Shown here one piece after another: positions 29,211 through 39,217 of a stretch of DNA of 64,000 nt; position 1 is the first letter of the stretch, and each line of letters starts with the position of its first letter. Origin of the DNA: Acidimicrobiaceae bacterium (GTDB lineage: Bacteria > Actinomycetota > Acidimicrobiia > Acidimicrobiales > JAUTXP01); NCBI GenBank assembly GCA_030837965.1, contig JAUTXP010000046.1, forward strand, positions 38,326 to 102,325, written 5' to 3'. A program made the translations under genes and the position numbers. Under the pieces are notes generated by a model that was not told the origin of the DNA, did not search any database, and saw only the letters and a list, made by a program, of their open reading frames with translations.

Positions 29211-30303
29211 GACGACGGCGGCGTTCGAGACATTCGTGCTCGAGCACGCCATGCCGAACCCGTGGGTCGTCTTCCTGACCGGCAACCTGATTCACGTCTT
29301 CGACCACTTCATCCACTTCCAGCCACCGGACCTTCGGCTGCTGGTTGTCGTGTCCGACATGACACCAGACGAGGCGGACACGGTGCGGTCGCTCACCTCC
29401 GCACCAGTCTTTTCGATCGAACCGAGGATTGACTCCAAGGCCGTGTACGAGCTGCTGTTCGCGGTGATGGACCAGCCGTGGGCATGGGTGGACGTCGACT
29501 GCTACGTCCTCGATCGCTCGCTTTACGACGAGTGGGACAAGCTCAATGGCACGGCCCCCGTCGCCGGCCCGTTCCTCTACGGACCGATCCCGCTCTGCGC
29601 GGCGCCGCTCGTGTATTTCGATCCCCAGGTCCACCGGCGCGTCGAGGACGCGATCGGCGAGCCGGTCTCGCCGTCGGCCTATTCCTTCGTTCCGACAGCG
29701 CACGGTCGTGAAATGGAGGCAGCCTGCACGTACCTGGTGACGGACGGGCAACGGCGGGCGCTCGAGCGTGTCCTCGCATTCGAGCGGCCCGACATCCCGT
29801 ACCCGCAGGGCGGCATCAGCGACGTCCTGTCGGACGGCAACGAATCGCGGAGCCACGAGCGGTCGGCGCGACGGGCGGCGGGGCTCGACGTCGATCACGT
29901 CTTCTTCGACGGGCTGATGCTGTACCAGCTGTTGGCCATCGCCTTCGGGATGTGGCCCGCCCAACTGCGACACATTCCTGGCTCGAAGATCATCTCGCCA
30001 GACCTCGTGCACACCGGCGGGATCTCGTACTGGCAACAGCTCAGTCCGCACGACGCCCGTACCGTCTCATCGGCAGACGGCCAACTGCCGCTCGCCGCGC
30101 ATCTCGACGCCGCCGTGCTGCGGCGGTTCGTCTTCGACCATCCGGACCTCGACCGGCCGAAGGAGCGACAGCAGGCGATCGACCAGTACCTCGGCCAGAT
30201 GGGACGGACGTCTACCGAGCTCGCGGACGATCTGCTGGCACGACTACACGATGCCGGCGTCGACTGCGGCCCGAACTCTCCATGGGCGCGGATCGCCCCG
30301 TGA
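29194..30303 (+). CDS. Hypothetical protein (369 aa)
   Basis: GTG at 29194 overlaps the upstream gene. Contains 'WVDVDCYVLD'. Function unknown. Confidence 0.5.
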   Translation: MPPSTETTAAFETFVLEHAMPNPWVVFLTGNLIHVFDHFIHFQPPDLRLLVVVSDMTPDEADTVRSLTSAPVFSIEPRIDSKAVYELLFAVMDQPWAWVDVDCYVLDRSLYDEWDKLNGTAPVAGPFLYGPIPLCAAPLVYFDPQVHRRVEDAIGEPVSPSAYSFVPTAHGREMEAACTYLVTDGQRRALERVLAFERPDIPYPQGGISDVLSDGNESRSHERSARRAAGLDVDHVFFDGLMLYQLLAIAFGMWPAQLRHIPGSKIISPDLVHTGGISYWQQLSPHDARTVSSADGQLPLAAHLDAAVLRRFVFDHPDLDRPKERQQAIDQYLGQMGRTSTELADDLLARLHDAGVDCGPNSPWARIAP

Positions 30304-30335
30304 GGCCGATCGACACTTGGTGAGATGATCGAACG

Positions 30336-31271
30336 ATGCACTGCCGAAACCCCGCCATCGACGAAGCCGCCGTGGAGCGGACCGTCAGCGACCGGTACGA
30401 CGGACGCGGATCCCTGACGTTCGTTCCAGCTGGACGCGACAGCTGGTGCTTCGTGATGGGCGACCTGTGGGTCAGCGTCCGGCGCGACCATCTCGGCCAC
30501 CGGCCGGAGGCGTACGCGGCGGCTTGCGACCTGCGGGACAGCGGTCTCGACTTCCTGCTGTGCCCGCTGCGCGGTGACGACGGCCAGTTGACCCGTCGGG
30601 TCGGCGGCTTTCCGGTCGTCGTGTTCCCGCTCGTCACCGGCGCAAGGGAGGTCGCTGCGGACGACCCTCGCGACGTCGAGCTGGCATTGCAGCATCTCGA
30701 CCGCTTCCACCATGCGATCCCACCACGCGACCTGCCCATGGAAGAAGCCGACGAAGGTTTCGACGAGGCGCTGCTCGCGTTGCTCGAACAACCAGCACCG
30801 CAACCGAGCACCGGTCCTCACGCAACTGCCGTCGCGACGGCACTGGCTGGAGCGCACAGCACGCTCGAATGGTGCGCTCGTCGTCTCGGCCGTGCCGCGC
30901 TGGCCTACGCGAGCGCTTCACCGCGACGCACGGTGACGCACGGCGACGCCAGCGCGCAGAACATGATGATCACGAGGGAGGGACGAATGCTGCTCGGCGA
31001 CCTGGGCGCTCTGGCGATGGCTCCGCCCGAGCGAGACTGGTTCCATGTCGACCGATCGTTGGGAACGAGTCACGAGTCGGATCCGTCGATCCGTGACTTC
31101 TACCGACTCCGGTGGCTCGTGACCGAAATCCTGGAGTACGGCTCCGCGTTGCAGCGTCCCCACGCCGACGATGAGGACGCAGCCCAGATGTGGCGCGAGT
31201 TGCAGGCGCTCCTCGCCGACGCGAGCTCGCTCTGGGCCCGTGAGGGCGCGACCCGGGAATTGCTCACGTGA
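30336..31271 (+). CDS. Aminoglycoside-phosphotransferase (APH) family kinase
   Basis: Brenner-type catalytic motif 'VTHGDASAQNMM' followed by 'GDLG'. Confidence 0.75.
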   Translation: MHCRNPAIDEAAVERTVSDRYDGRGSLTFVPAGRDSWCFVMGDLWVSVRRDHLGHRPEAYAAACDLRDSGLDFLLCPLRGDDGQLTRRVGGFPVVVFPLVTGAREVAADDPRDVELALQHLDRFHHAIPPRDLPMEEADEGFDEALLALLEQPAPQPSTGPHATAVATALAGAHSTLEWCARRLGRAALAYASASPRRTVTHGDASAQNMMITREGRMLLGDLGALAMAPPERDWFHVDRSLGTSHESDPSIRDFYRLRWLVTEILEYGSALQRPHADDEDAAQMWRELQALLADASSLWAREGATRELLT

Positions 31272-32026
31272 GCGGCCCTGCGTCGGCCGCCGTCGAGTCG
31301 CTGGCCGCTGGCCTCCTGGAGGTTCTCGCCTTGAACCTGATCGGCCTGTACGTCCACGGCTCGCTCGTCAGCGGCGCCTTCGTCCCGGACAGGAGCGATC
31401 TCGACCTCCTCGCGGTGGTCAACCGCGACCTCGATGACTCAGAGGCCGACGCGCTGCTGATGCTCTTCGAGTCGAACCCGTTCGCGCACGACTTCGAGAT
31501 CGACTTCCGTGCGGTCACCACGGTTGTCGCAGCGGAGCCGAGTGCCGCGGGCTGGAAGCCGACGCTGGCTTTCGAGATCGAAATACGACCCTGGAGCGGT
31601 GGTCGGGCGCGGCCGCGGCGCGGCCCGGTCGACGAGCCGGATCTCGTCATCGAGCTGTCCCAGGTGCGGGAGCGGAGTCACACCCTCTTCGGACCCGACG
31701 CCTCGACTGTGGTCGGTCCCGTCCCGGCAGAACGGGTGGTCGAGGTCGGCGACGGCCACCTCGCCATGTGGCAAGACCTTCCGTTCAACCCAGACGTCGC
31801 CGAGCTCATGGTCTTCACCGCATGTCGGGCGTGGAGGTTCGCGGTGACCGGCACGCATACGAGCAAGGACGACGCCGCGAACTGGGTGCTCAGTCGCCGC
31901 CCCGACCTCGACGTCGTCGCAGAGGCGCTGGCGATCCGCCACGGCGCCGAAGGCGTCATCGAGGCCGAGCCGGTCTTTGCGCTCCTCCGCATCGCCCGCG
32001 AAGAGATCGCGCGGCGGAGGATGTGA
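31268..32026 (+). CDS. ANT(3'')/AadA-like nucleotidyltransferase
   Basis: 'GLYVHGSLVSGAFVPDRSDLDLLAV' is an NTase G-S...D.D motif, followed by a DUF4111-like C-terminal half. GTGA overlap. Confidence 0.75.
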   Translation: MSGPASAAVESLAAGLLEVLALNLIGLYVHGSLVSGAFVPDRSDLDLLAVVNRDLDDSEADALLMLFESNPFAHDFEIDFRAVTTVVAAEPSAAGWKPTLAFEIEIRPWSGGRARPRRGPVDEPDLVIELSQVRERSHTLFGPDASTVVGPVPAERVVEVGDGHLAMWQDLPFNPDVAELMVFTACRAWRFAVTGTHTSKDDAANWVLSRRPDLDVVAEALAIRHGAEGVIEAEPVFALLRIAREEIARRRM

Positions 32027-32047
32027 TCACTGGCCCCCACGAGATCG

Positions 32048-32917
32048 TCAGGCACGTCTCAGGCATTGCTTCAGCGTGGCCTCGAGAGCCGCCGCGTGGC
32101 GGATCGGCGGCGGGAACCCCGACAGCAGGTCGATCAGGAGCACGATGTCGACCCAGCGATCGAAGCGGCGCCCGGATTGCCGGACCCAGCTCCCGCGGAA
32201 GAACGTTGCCTCCTCCGGTCCGCATCGAGCGAGCAGTTGGAGGCTGCACCACGACGCGTCGACCGAGAGCGGGCCGACGCAGGCGGCTTGCCAGTCGACG
32301 ATTCCGCTCACGTGCGCACCGGTCCAGAGGACGTTCGCTGTGTGGAAGTCGCGGTGCAGCAGAGCCGCGTCCGGCGACGGCGGCGGCGCGTCGAACACTG
32401 CGACGGCTTCTGCCCAGGCACCGCGGTCAGTCAGCCACCCGGGCGGCTCCCACGAGCGCGGCGGGTAGGGCTGGAAGGGAGGCAGGTCTGCTCCTGTCGG
32501 CGCGGTCTCCTGGAATCGGACGAGCGCGGCGGCGAGCTCGTCGAGCGAGCCGGTCGGGGTGCGAGGGCAGACCCGGTGCACCCCCTTCACCCGGGACATC
32601 ACGAGGGCTGGGACATCCGCGTGCGAGGCCGATGCGTCGAACGCTAAGAGCTCTGGCGTGGGCACGCCGACCCCACGGATCAAAGCGAGCGCGTTGGCCT
32701 CGTGCTCCACGGCGCGGCGGCCTACGGCGGTCGCGACCGTGACGTATCGGCGAAGGACCACACGACGGACGGCGTCGCCCGACTCGAGCCGAAGGGCGTG
32801 CACGGCCGACGACCAACCCCCGGTGAGCATTCGCACACCGCCGACACGCCCGCCGAGGACGCTCTCGACCCACCGCAACGTGGCAGGCGGCGGATCGTCG
32901 GAGTCGCGGGTGTGCAC
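32048..32917 (-). CDS. Aminoglycoside-phosphotransferase (APH) family kinase
   Basis: 'LLHRDFHTANVLW' and 'GIVDW' motifs. Confidence 0.75.
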   Translation of the reverse strand: MHTRDSDDPPPATLRWVESVLGGRVGGVRMLTGGWSSAVHALRLESGDAVRRVVLRRYVTVATAVGRRAVEHEANALALIRGVGVPTPELLAFDASASHADVPALVMSRVKGVHRVCPRTPTGSLDELAAALVRFQETAPTGADLPPFQPYPPRSWEPPGWLTDRGAWAEAVAVFDAPPPSPDAALLHRDFHTANVLWTGAHVSGIVDWQAACVGPLSVDASWCSLQLLARCGPEEATFFRGSWVRQSGRRFDRWVDIVLLIDLLSGFPPPIRHAAALEATLKQCLRRA

Positions 32918-32925
32918 CGGTCGCG

Positions 32926-34236
32926 CTATGAGTAGCTGACCGCTCGGCCCTCGACACCCGATGTGTTGCGGAGCGCGACGACATTGGCGAGAACCTTTTG
33001 GAACGCGTGCACGAAGTCGTCGATGTCATCCTCGCCGCCGAGGAGGGCCGCGTGATGCGTCAGCAGCGTCGAGCGCCGGTAGGCGTCGGCGCCGGGAAAC
33101 GATCGGCCGACTGACCGCATCGCACCGTCCTTCGTCCACTGGTTCCGGAACCTCGGCCGGGTGGAGGGACTGAAGTACGGACTCCGATGCAACGGGTCGT
33201 GAGGCGGGTAGACGGGTCGTTCCAGCTCTGCCGTCAGCGCGGTGGCGAGCGTGTCGACCGGAACGCCGATGGCATCGACGTCGACTCGCAACGCGAGCTC
33301 GTAGATGGATCGCCGGGTGACGCATGCGTGGCTCGACAATCCGCGGATCCCAAGGGCCTCTGCCGCGAGCCGCCGCTCGAGCTCGTCCGCCTGCGTTGTC
33401 CGCCGGTCGTGCTGCGCCTCCAGCTGCGCCAGGCGGTCGAGAGCGACCGCTGCGAGCACTTCGGGCATGCAGTGGTTCGCGCCCATCACCGTGCCGTCGA
33501 CGACCAGCTCCATCGAGCCGGGAGCGACGTCGTCGGCGTACGTCCGGCCGTCGGCTCGAAGCTGCTGCAGCGTTCGGAACGCCGATGGAGACGACGTGGT
33601 GACGGCGCCGCCCTCGCCGGCTGCGAGGACCTTGCCGCTCTGGAAGCTGAAGGCGCCGAAGTCTCCCAACGTCCCGACTTGGCGGTTCCGCCACTCTGCT
33701 CCGTGTGCTTGCGCGCAGTCCTCGACGACGGCGAGGTCGAAGCGGGTGGCGATGGCGAGGAGGGCGTCGAGGTCGGCCACCGTGCAGGCCAGGTGGACGA
33801 CGATGACGGCGCGGGTCGCACTGGTGACCGCCTGCTCCGCTGCCCGGGCGTCGATGCACCCGGTCTCCGGGTCCACGTCGACGAGCACGGGCAGTGCCCC
33901 CGCGCGGAGGACTGCGCTGGCGCTGGCCACCCACGTCATCGCGGGCACGAGGACCTCGTCCCCGGCGCCGACGCCGGCCGCCTCGAGCGCGAGAAGGACC
34001 GCGGTCGACCCGTGGTCGACGGCAACGGCAAACGCAGCGCTGACGTATGTCGCGAACGCCGACGCGAAACGAAGTTCGTACGATGGCGCACCGGACGAGG
34101 GCCAACTGGCGGCCCAACGCCGTTCGTGGATGGCGGCCAGAGCGGCACGCTCGGTGCCCTCGTCGAAGGAAGGCCACAACGGCCACGGCTTGCCGCGCCG
34201 AACCGAGTTCCCGCCATGGAGCGCGAGCCGGAGCAC
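32926..34236 (-). CDS. DegT/DnrJ/EryC1/StrS-family PLP aminotransferase
   Basis: 'LALHGG..VR', 'GDEVLVPAMTW', 'EDCAQAHGA' and 'FSFQSGKVL' (the PLP lysine). GTG at 34236. Confidence 0.85.
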   Translation of the reverse strand: MLRLALHGGNSVRRGKPWPLWPSFDEGTERAALAAIHERRWAASWPSSGAPSYELRFASAFATYVSAAFAVAVDHGSTAVLLALEAAGVGAGDEVLVPAMTWVASASAVLRAGALPVLVDVDPETGCIDARAAEQAVTSATRAVIVVHLACTVADLDALLAIATRFDLAVVEDCAQAHGAEWRNRQVGTLGDFGAFSFQSGKVLAAGEGGAVTTSSPSAFRTLQQLRADGRTYADDVAPGSMELVVDGTVMGANHCMPEVLAAVALDRLAQLEAQHDRRTTQADELERRLAAEALGIRGLSSHACVTRRSIYELALRVDVDAIGVPVDTLATALTAELERPVYPPHDPLHRSPYFSPSTRPRFRNQWTKDGAMRSVGRSFPGADAYRRSTLLTHHAALLGGEDDIDDFVHAFQKVLANVVALRNTSGVEGRAVSYS

Positions 34237-34264
34237 CCGAACAGCGTATGGCAAGATCGGCGGC

Positions 34265-35407
34265 GTGACTGACCAGACCGGATTGGTTGCGTTGGATCTT
34301 CCGCGGTGGCCGAACATCACCGATGAAGACATCGCCGCGGCCGAGGATGTCCTGCGTTCTGGCGTGCTCAACATGCGGTCGTCGGCGGTCGTGCGAGCGT
34401 TCGAGGCCAAGTTCGGCGGCTACCACGGAGGTCACAAGGCGGTCGTCGTCGCCAATGGAACCGCGGCGATCCACCTCGCGCTTATTGCGTGTGACATCGG
34501 GCCGGGCGACGAGGTGATCGTGCCGACGCACACCTTCGTCGGTGCGGCCGCGCCCGTGCTGTACGCCGGGGCCACGCCAGTGTTCGCAGACGTCGACGAG
34601 GTGACGCACTGCGTCTCGGTCGCCACCGTCGAGCCACTCATCACGCCGCAGACGCGGGCCGTGACGGTCGTGCACCTGAACGGCTATCCCGTCGACATCG
34701 ATCCATTGCTGTCGATCCTTGCTCCGCAGGGGATCGTCGTCATCGAGGATTGCGCGCAGGCCCTCGGGTCCACGAGCCGGGGCATCCCCGTCGGCACGTT
34801 CGGCCGGGTGTCTACGTTCAGCTTCTTCGAGCAGAAGGTGATTACGGCCGGCGGCGAGGGCGGTGCGGTCGTGACCAACGACGGAGCGCTCGCGGACCGG
34901 CTCGACCTGTTGCGTCAGCACGCGGAGGCGTCGAGAACGGCTGATGATGCCCGGTTCTGGAGCCACGAGCTCGGCTACAACTACCGGCTCTCGCCGGTGC
35001 AGACGGCAATCGTCTCATCCCAGTTCGATCGGCTTGGGGATCTCGTACGCCGGCAGCGGCGCAACGCGCACCTCTATGCGGAGGTGCTCCGTGACGAGAC
35101 GCGACTCGTCCTTCCCGTCGAGCCCCAGGCCGGCCAGCACTCCTTCTGGCGGTACGCCGTCCGCGTCACCCGCGAGGCAGGAGTGCCGGCGGGCGAGATT
35201 GCGGATCGGCTGCAGCGACGTGGTATCCCGTCACGCCTCCGCTATCCCTTCCCCGTTCACGTCCAGCCGCCATTCGACGATCGCTCATGCTTGTCAATGG
35301 CCGAGCGGCTGTCCCACGAGTTGATCACGTTGCCAGTTCACGCCACGATGGACGCGTGCCACGTCGAGCGCGTCGCCGAGGCCGTGATCCAGGTGTTGGA
35401 CGAGTAA
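34265..35407 (+). CDS. DegT/DnrJ/EryC1/StrS-family PLP aminotransferase (second copy)
   Basis: 'GDEVIVPTHTF', 'EDCAQALGS', 'FSFFEQKVI', 'LGYNYRLS'. The start codon is uncertain (GTG at 34265). Confidence 0.85.
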   Translation: MTDQTGLVALDLPRWPNITDEDIAAAEDVLRSGVLNMRSSAVVRAFEAKFGGYHGGHKAVVVANGTAAIHLALIACDIGPGDEVIVPTHTFVGAAAPVLYAGATPVFADVDEVTHCVSVATVEPLITPQTRAVTVVHLNGYPVDIDPLLSILAPQGIVVIEDCAQALGSTSRGIPVGTFGRVSTFSFFEQKVITAGGEGGAVVTNDGALADRLDLLRQHAEASRTADDARFWSHELGYNYRLSPVQTAIVSSQFDRLGDLVRRQRRNAHLYAEVLRDETRLVLPVEPQAGQHSFWRYAVRVTREAGVPAGEIADRLQRRGIPSRLRYPFPVHVQPPFDDRSCLSMAERLSHELITLPVHATMDACHVERVAEAVIQVLDE

Positions 35408-35410
35408 ACG

Positions 35411-36355
35411 GTGGCGGGGATGTCAGGATCCGGATCAGCGCCCCCGACGGCGCCGCCCGTCACGGCAGCGGCGTTGATGCTCGGGACGTCGTCGTTCGGG
35501 ACGACAGCTCGCGGGTTCCCGGTGTACGACGAGTACTGGGAGCGCGGTGGTCGGGCCTTCGACACCGCGTGGATCTACGGCTTCGCGTTCGGCCCCGGGT
35601 GCTGTGAGCGTGTGCTCGGTGAATGGCTCGGACGACGAGCCGTTTCGAACGAGGCGTTCGTGCTCGTAAAGGGTGCGCACACGCCCGAGTGCCGGCCCGA
35701 CCGCATCGAAAAACAGCTGACTGAGAGCCTCGACCGCTTGGGTCTGGGCTCGTGCAGCCTGTACATGCTGCACCGCGACGACCCTGCCGTCCCCGTTGCC
35801 GAGTTCGTGTCGGTACTCGAGTCGCTCCGGCGAGCTGGTTGCATTCAGGCGTACGGGTTCTCGAACTGGTCACGGCCCCGCTTCGCCGAGGCACTCGATG
35901 CTGCCCGGTCGCAGGGGCTGCCGACGCCGACGAGCGTCAGCAACCACGCGAGCCTGATGGAGATGACCTCGCCGATCTACGAAGGCACCGTCGACGCGAA
36001 CGATTCCGAGTGGTGGAGCTGGTTGCGACGCGAGGATCTCGTGCTCATGCCGTGGGCCAGCCAGGGGCGCGGATCGCTCGCGGTCACGCCGGACGACTGG
36101 GTGTCGGATGAGGGGCTGAGGAACCACTGGTCATCCGACGCCAACAACCAGCGATGGCGGCGCGCAGACCAGCTCGCGACAGAACGCGAGGTCTCCCGAA
36201 CTGCCCTCGGGCTCGCCTGGGTGCTGCGACTGCCGTGTCGGGTGCGCCCGATCATCGGCCCGCGCACGGTCGACGAGCTCACCGACTCGCTGACCGGCCT
36301 CGAGATCACGCTGTCGTCGGACGAGTGGCGCTGGCTCCGAGACGGGGCTGTCTGA
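35411..36355 (+). CDS. Aldo/keto reductase
   Basis: 'FDTAWIYG', 'MLHRDD' and 'YGFSNW' motifs. Confidence 0.8.
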   Translation: MAGMSGSGSAPPTAPPVTAAALMLGTSSFGTTARGFPVYDEYWERGGRAFDTAWIYGFAFGPGCCERVLGEWLGRRAVSNEAFVLVKGAHTPECRPDRIEKQLTESLDRLGLGSCSLYMLHRDDPAVPVAEFVSVLESLRRAGCIQAYGFSNWSRPRFAEALDAARSQGLPTPTSVSNHASLMEMTSPIYEGTVDANDSEWWSWLRREDLVLMPWASQGRGSLAVTPDDWVSDEGLRNHWSSDANNQRWRRADQLATEREVSRTALGLAWVLRLPCRVRPIIGPRTVDELTDSLTGLEITLSSDEWRWLRDGAV

Positions 36356-36375
36356 GGAGGACGACGTCATGCACG

Positions 36376-36972
36376 ATGCGAGCGCGGCCCCGTGCGATGC
36401 CCCGTGAGGCCGAGTGGTTCGTGCGCTCGGACGCGCAGCTGGAGCGGTCAGTCTTGTTCGATCGACTGCCGAAGCACTCGAGGGGCGCGGAGGTCGGGGT
36501 GTGGACGGGTGAGTTCTCGGCCCAACTGCTCGCAATGGTCGAGCCGAGGGAGCTGCACCTCGTGGACCCCTGGCGGTACCGGACCGAGGACGAGTTCAAG
36601 GGCGCGAGCTACGCCGGTGGCATGGCGCGGGACCAGTCCGACATGGACCAGCTCCACGAGTTGGTCCTGACCCGTTTCGCGGGTGACCAACGCGTCCACG
36701 TGCATCGGCTGGACTCGGTGTCCGCGGCGGGTGAGTTCGCTCCCGGCTCTCTCGACTGGGTCTACCTCGACGGGGACCACCGCTACGAAACGGTGCTCGC
36801 GGATCTTCATGCCTGGCGACCGCGGATTGCTCCTGGAGGAATCTGCAGTGGAGACGACTACGGTGAAACAGGGTGGTGGGGCAACGGCGTCACAGAGGCG
36901 GTCGACCGGTTCGCCTCGGAGCTCGACGTCGCGTTAACCATCCTCGGGCACCAGTTCGTGATGCAGCTCTGA
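36376..36972 (+). CDS. Class I SAM-dependent methyltransferase (Methyltransf_24/TylF-like)
   Basis: 'EVGVWTGEFS', 'VYLDGDHRYE' and 'GGICSGDDY'. An alternative ATG is at 36397. Confidence 0.65.
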   Translation: MRARPRAMPREAEWFVRSDAQLERSVLFDRLPKHSRGAEVGVWTGEFSAQLLAMVEPRELHLVDPWRYRTEDEFKGASYAGGMARDQSDMDQLHELVLTRFAGDQRVHVHRLDSVSAAGEFAPGSLDWVYLDGDHRYETVLADLHAWRPRIAPGGICSGDDYGETGWWGNGVTEAVDRFASELDVALTILGHQFVMQL

Positions 36973-37003
36973 GGACAGCGGTGACCGCATTGGCGCTACC
37001 GCG

Positions 37004-37957
37004 ATGATCTTCGTCGGGGGCATGCCCCGTTCGGGGACGACACTGCTGACCCAACTCGTCGGCACTCACCCGGAAATCTATTCCGTGCCCGAGGAGACGC
37101 GGTTTATCGTCGACCCGGACGGCGTCGGTGAACTCCTCGAGTCGTTGACGAGCGGTTGGGCCGGACCCAGCGTCGCCGGCGTGCGAATCCAACGGTTCCG
37201 AAAGTTGATGCTCACGCACCTCGTCGATCGCGACACCGATCCGTACATTGACTTCTGCATGTACGACTATTTTGACGAGACCCTGTACAGGAACGCCGTC
37301 GAGGACTTTATCGGGCAGTTGGCCTGTTGCACGTTCGAAGGCAAGGCAGCCGCGTCGACGGAGCCGGGCCGGTACGTGCCCCGGTGGTTCCCGGAAGAGA
37401 CGCTCGTCGGGCTGGCCCGGCAATTCGTCTCAACGCTGTTCGGTGGCCAAGCCCAGTTCGACGACAAGGCGATCTGGTGCGAGAAGACGCCCCACAACCT
37501 CGTCTCGCCCTACCCGCGGAAGCTCTTTCCCGACGCCCACTTCCTGCACGCTGTCCGCGACCCACGTGATGTCGCAGCCTCGATCGCGTCCGACCAGACC
37601 GCACACGGTTCGGGTGCGCCTGGCATCTGGGGCACGGGCTCGGTCGGAGCTGCTCTCGACTGGATTCACGAGTACTGCCGGCGGTGGGAGGCGCTCGCTG
37701 CCGGCGGTCGGTTCGACGGGATCAGGATGCTGCAGGTCGACTACGAGGACCTGGTCCGGGACCCGGACGCCACGATGGCGCGGGTCTTCGCCTTCGTCGG
37801 CGTCGACCCGGTCGAACCGGACCGGTGGACCGAGCCGCTGGATGCATCGGCGATCGGCCGGCACACAACCAGCTTCTCGAAGGACGACCACGTCCTGTTC
37901 GAGGCCCGCGTGGCGCCACTCTGGCGTCGGCTATTCGCTACGGCCGACGACTCATGA
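37004..37957 (+). CDS. PAPS-dependent sulfotransferase
   Basis: 5'-PSB loop 'GMPRSGTTLL' and a 3'-PB region 'HAVRDPRDVAAS'. Confidence 0.8.
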   Translation: MIFVGGMPRSGTTLLTQLVGTHPEIYSVPEETRFIVDPDGVGELLESLTSGWAGPSVAGVRIQRFRKLMLTHLVDRDTDPYIDFCMYDYFDETLYRNAVEDFIGQLACCTFEGKAAASTEPGRYVPRWFPEETLVGLARQFVSTLFGGQAQFDDKAIWCEKTPHNLVSPYPRKLFPDAHFLHAVRDPRDVAASIASDQTAHGSGAPGIWGTGSVGAALDWIHEYCRRWEALAAGGRFDGIRMLQVDYEDLVRDPDATMARVFAFVGVDPVEPDRWTEPLDASAIGRHTTSFSKDDHVLFEARVAPLWRRLFATADDS

Positions 37958-38713
37958 GCGGTACGCGAGCACCCGCAGGCGTCGACTCAGAACCGTGAAT
38001 GGCTCACCGGCGTCACCGGTGACCTGTACCTCGGCGAAACCGGCGTCTCGAAGCCACGAGGTGATCTCCGGAACGGTGAACGCTCGGACGCTGTAGCGAC
38101 TGGTGCTGACCCCCGAGCCGACGATCGCGATGCGTTCACCGAAGTATCGACTCGTGATCGGATCGAGCGTCGTCGTGTCGAAGAGGATGTCCTCACCGAC
38201 GCGCTGGACGTCGGTCTTCGCACCACCGCCTGCGACGAGCGAAGGAATCATGCGGTATGGCGACTGGAGGTCGACGACGAGGACACCGCCGGGATCCAGG
38301 GCCCGGTGATAGGACGTCAGCACCCGCTTGTCCTCGTCGTCACCGAAATAGCCGAACGATCCGTACCAACAGATCGCCACGTCGAAGCCTCCGCGGAACG
38401 GCAGGTCGGCCAGATCCGCCTGGCAGAGTGTGATGTCGACCAACGCTTCGTCGGAGGCGCGGCGGGCGAGCTCGAGGAATCGCCGGCTGCGGTCCGCGCC
38501 GGTGACGCGCAGACCCCGCGACGCCAGGGCAACGGCGTGCCGACCGTGCCCGCACGGCGCGTCGAGCAGTCGCTGCCCGGAGCGCTCGCCGAGGAGGAGG
38601 AGGATCTCGTCGACGTCTGCACGGGTGGCTGCCGCGGTGAGGATCGGGAACTCGAAGCGCTCGTAGTCCTCCCCGAACATCGCCGCTAACGCCTGACGGT
38701 CAGGCACGTCCAT
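37952..38713 (-). CDS. Class I SAM-dependent methyltransferase
   Basis: 'LLDAPCGHGRHAVALA' motif I. ATG at 38713. Confidence 0.75.
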   Translation of the reverse strand: MDVPDRQALAAMFGEDYERFEFPILTAAATRADVDEILLLLGERSGQRLLDAPCGHGRHAVALASRGLRVTGADRSRRFLELARRASDEALVDITLCQADLADLPFRGGFDVAICWYGSFGYFGDDEDKRVLTSYHRALDPGGVLVVDLQSPYRMIPSLVAGGGAKTDVQRVGEDILFDTTTLDPITSRYFGERIAIVGSGVSTSRYSVRAFTVPEITSWLRDAGFAEVQVTGDAGEPFTVLSRRLRVLAYRS

Positions 38714-39006
38714 CGCGGCCTGATCCCTCCGCCCGGGCGACGAGCGTGGCCGACTCCTGCGCCAGCCCCGCGTCACGACACCGTTCAAGCACCATGGTCC
38801 ATCGGGCGCGCTGCGGCCGAGTCATCCGCAATTATGGCCATTGCGTGACGGTGCCGGCCGACTTCGTCGTGACGTCGTCGGTACCATGCCGCATTGGCGC
38901 AAGTCCTGCATTGCTCGTCTCCTTCATCGGACCCAACAGGGGTGGATGGAAGGACGGCAGGAACGATGCGGAGGCGTCGACCGCGGTCGGACACTTCGGG
39001 CCGAAA

Positions 39007-39060
39007 GGTGTACCAAGCAGGTGTACCGGGCCTGGGGCGCGTATTTCCGCCCGGTACACC
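39007..39060. repeat. GGTGTACC direct repeat plus a 12-bp inverted repeat (GGTGTACCGGGC / GCCCGGTACACC)
   Basis: Copies at 39007-39014 and 39020-39031, with the inverted partner at 39049-39060. The set lies about 50 bp from the tRNA-Lys 3' end. Confidence 0.6.
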
Positions 39061-39111
39061 AGACGATCTGATAGCTCCGGAGAAAGCCCTGCTCCCGGCG
39101 GTGCTGCTTAG

Positions 39112-39183
39112 TGCGCCCCCTGGGATTCGAACCCAGAACCTGCGGATTAAGAGTCCGTTGCTCTGCCATTGAGCTAGAGGCGC
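39112..39183 (-). tRNA. tRNA-Lys (anticodon CTT)
   Basis: A hand-folded cloverleaf: acceptor GCGCCTC/GGGGCGC, T-loop TTCGAAT, anticodon loop CTCTTAA. 72 nt, with no encoded CCA. Confidence 0.9.
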
Positions 39184-39217
39184 ATTGGCGGTCGTTTTCG
39201 GGAGTCGACCGCTGGCG

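Noticed and set aside
33026-34966. A 646-aa minus-strand ORF, and the 700-aa plus-strand ORF 33305-35407
   Set aside because: Each merges the true aminotransferase frame with antisense read-through of its divergent neighbour. Only 32926-34236 (-) and 34265-35407 (+) carry DegT motifs.
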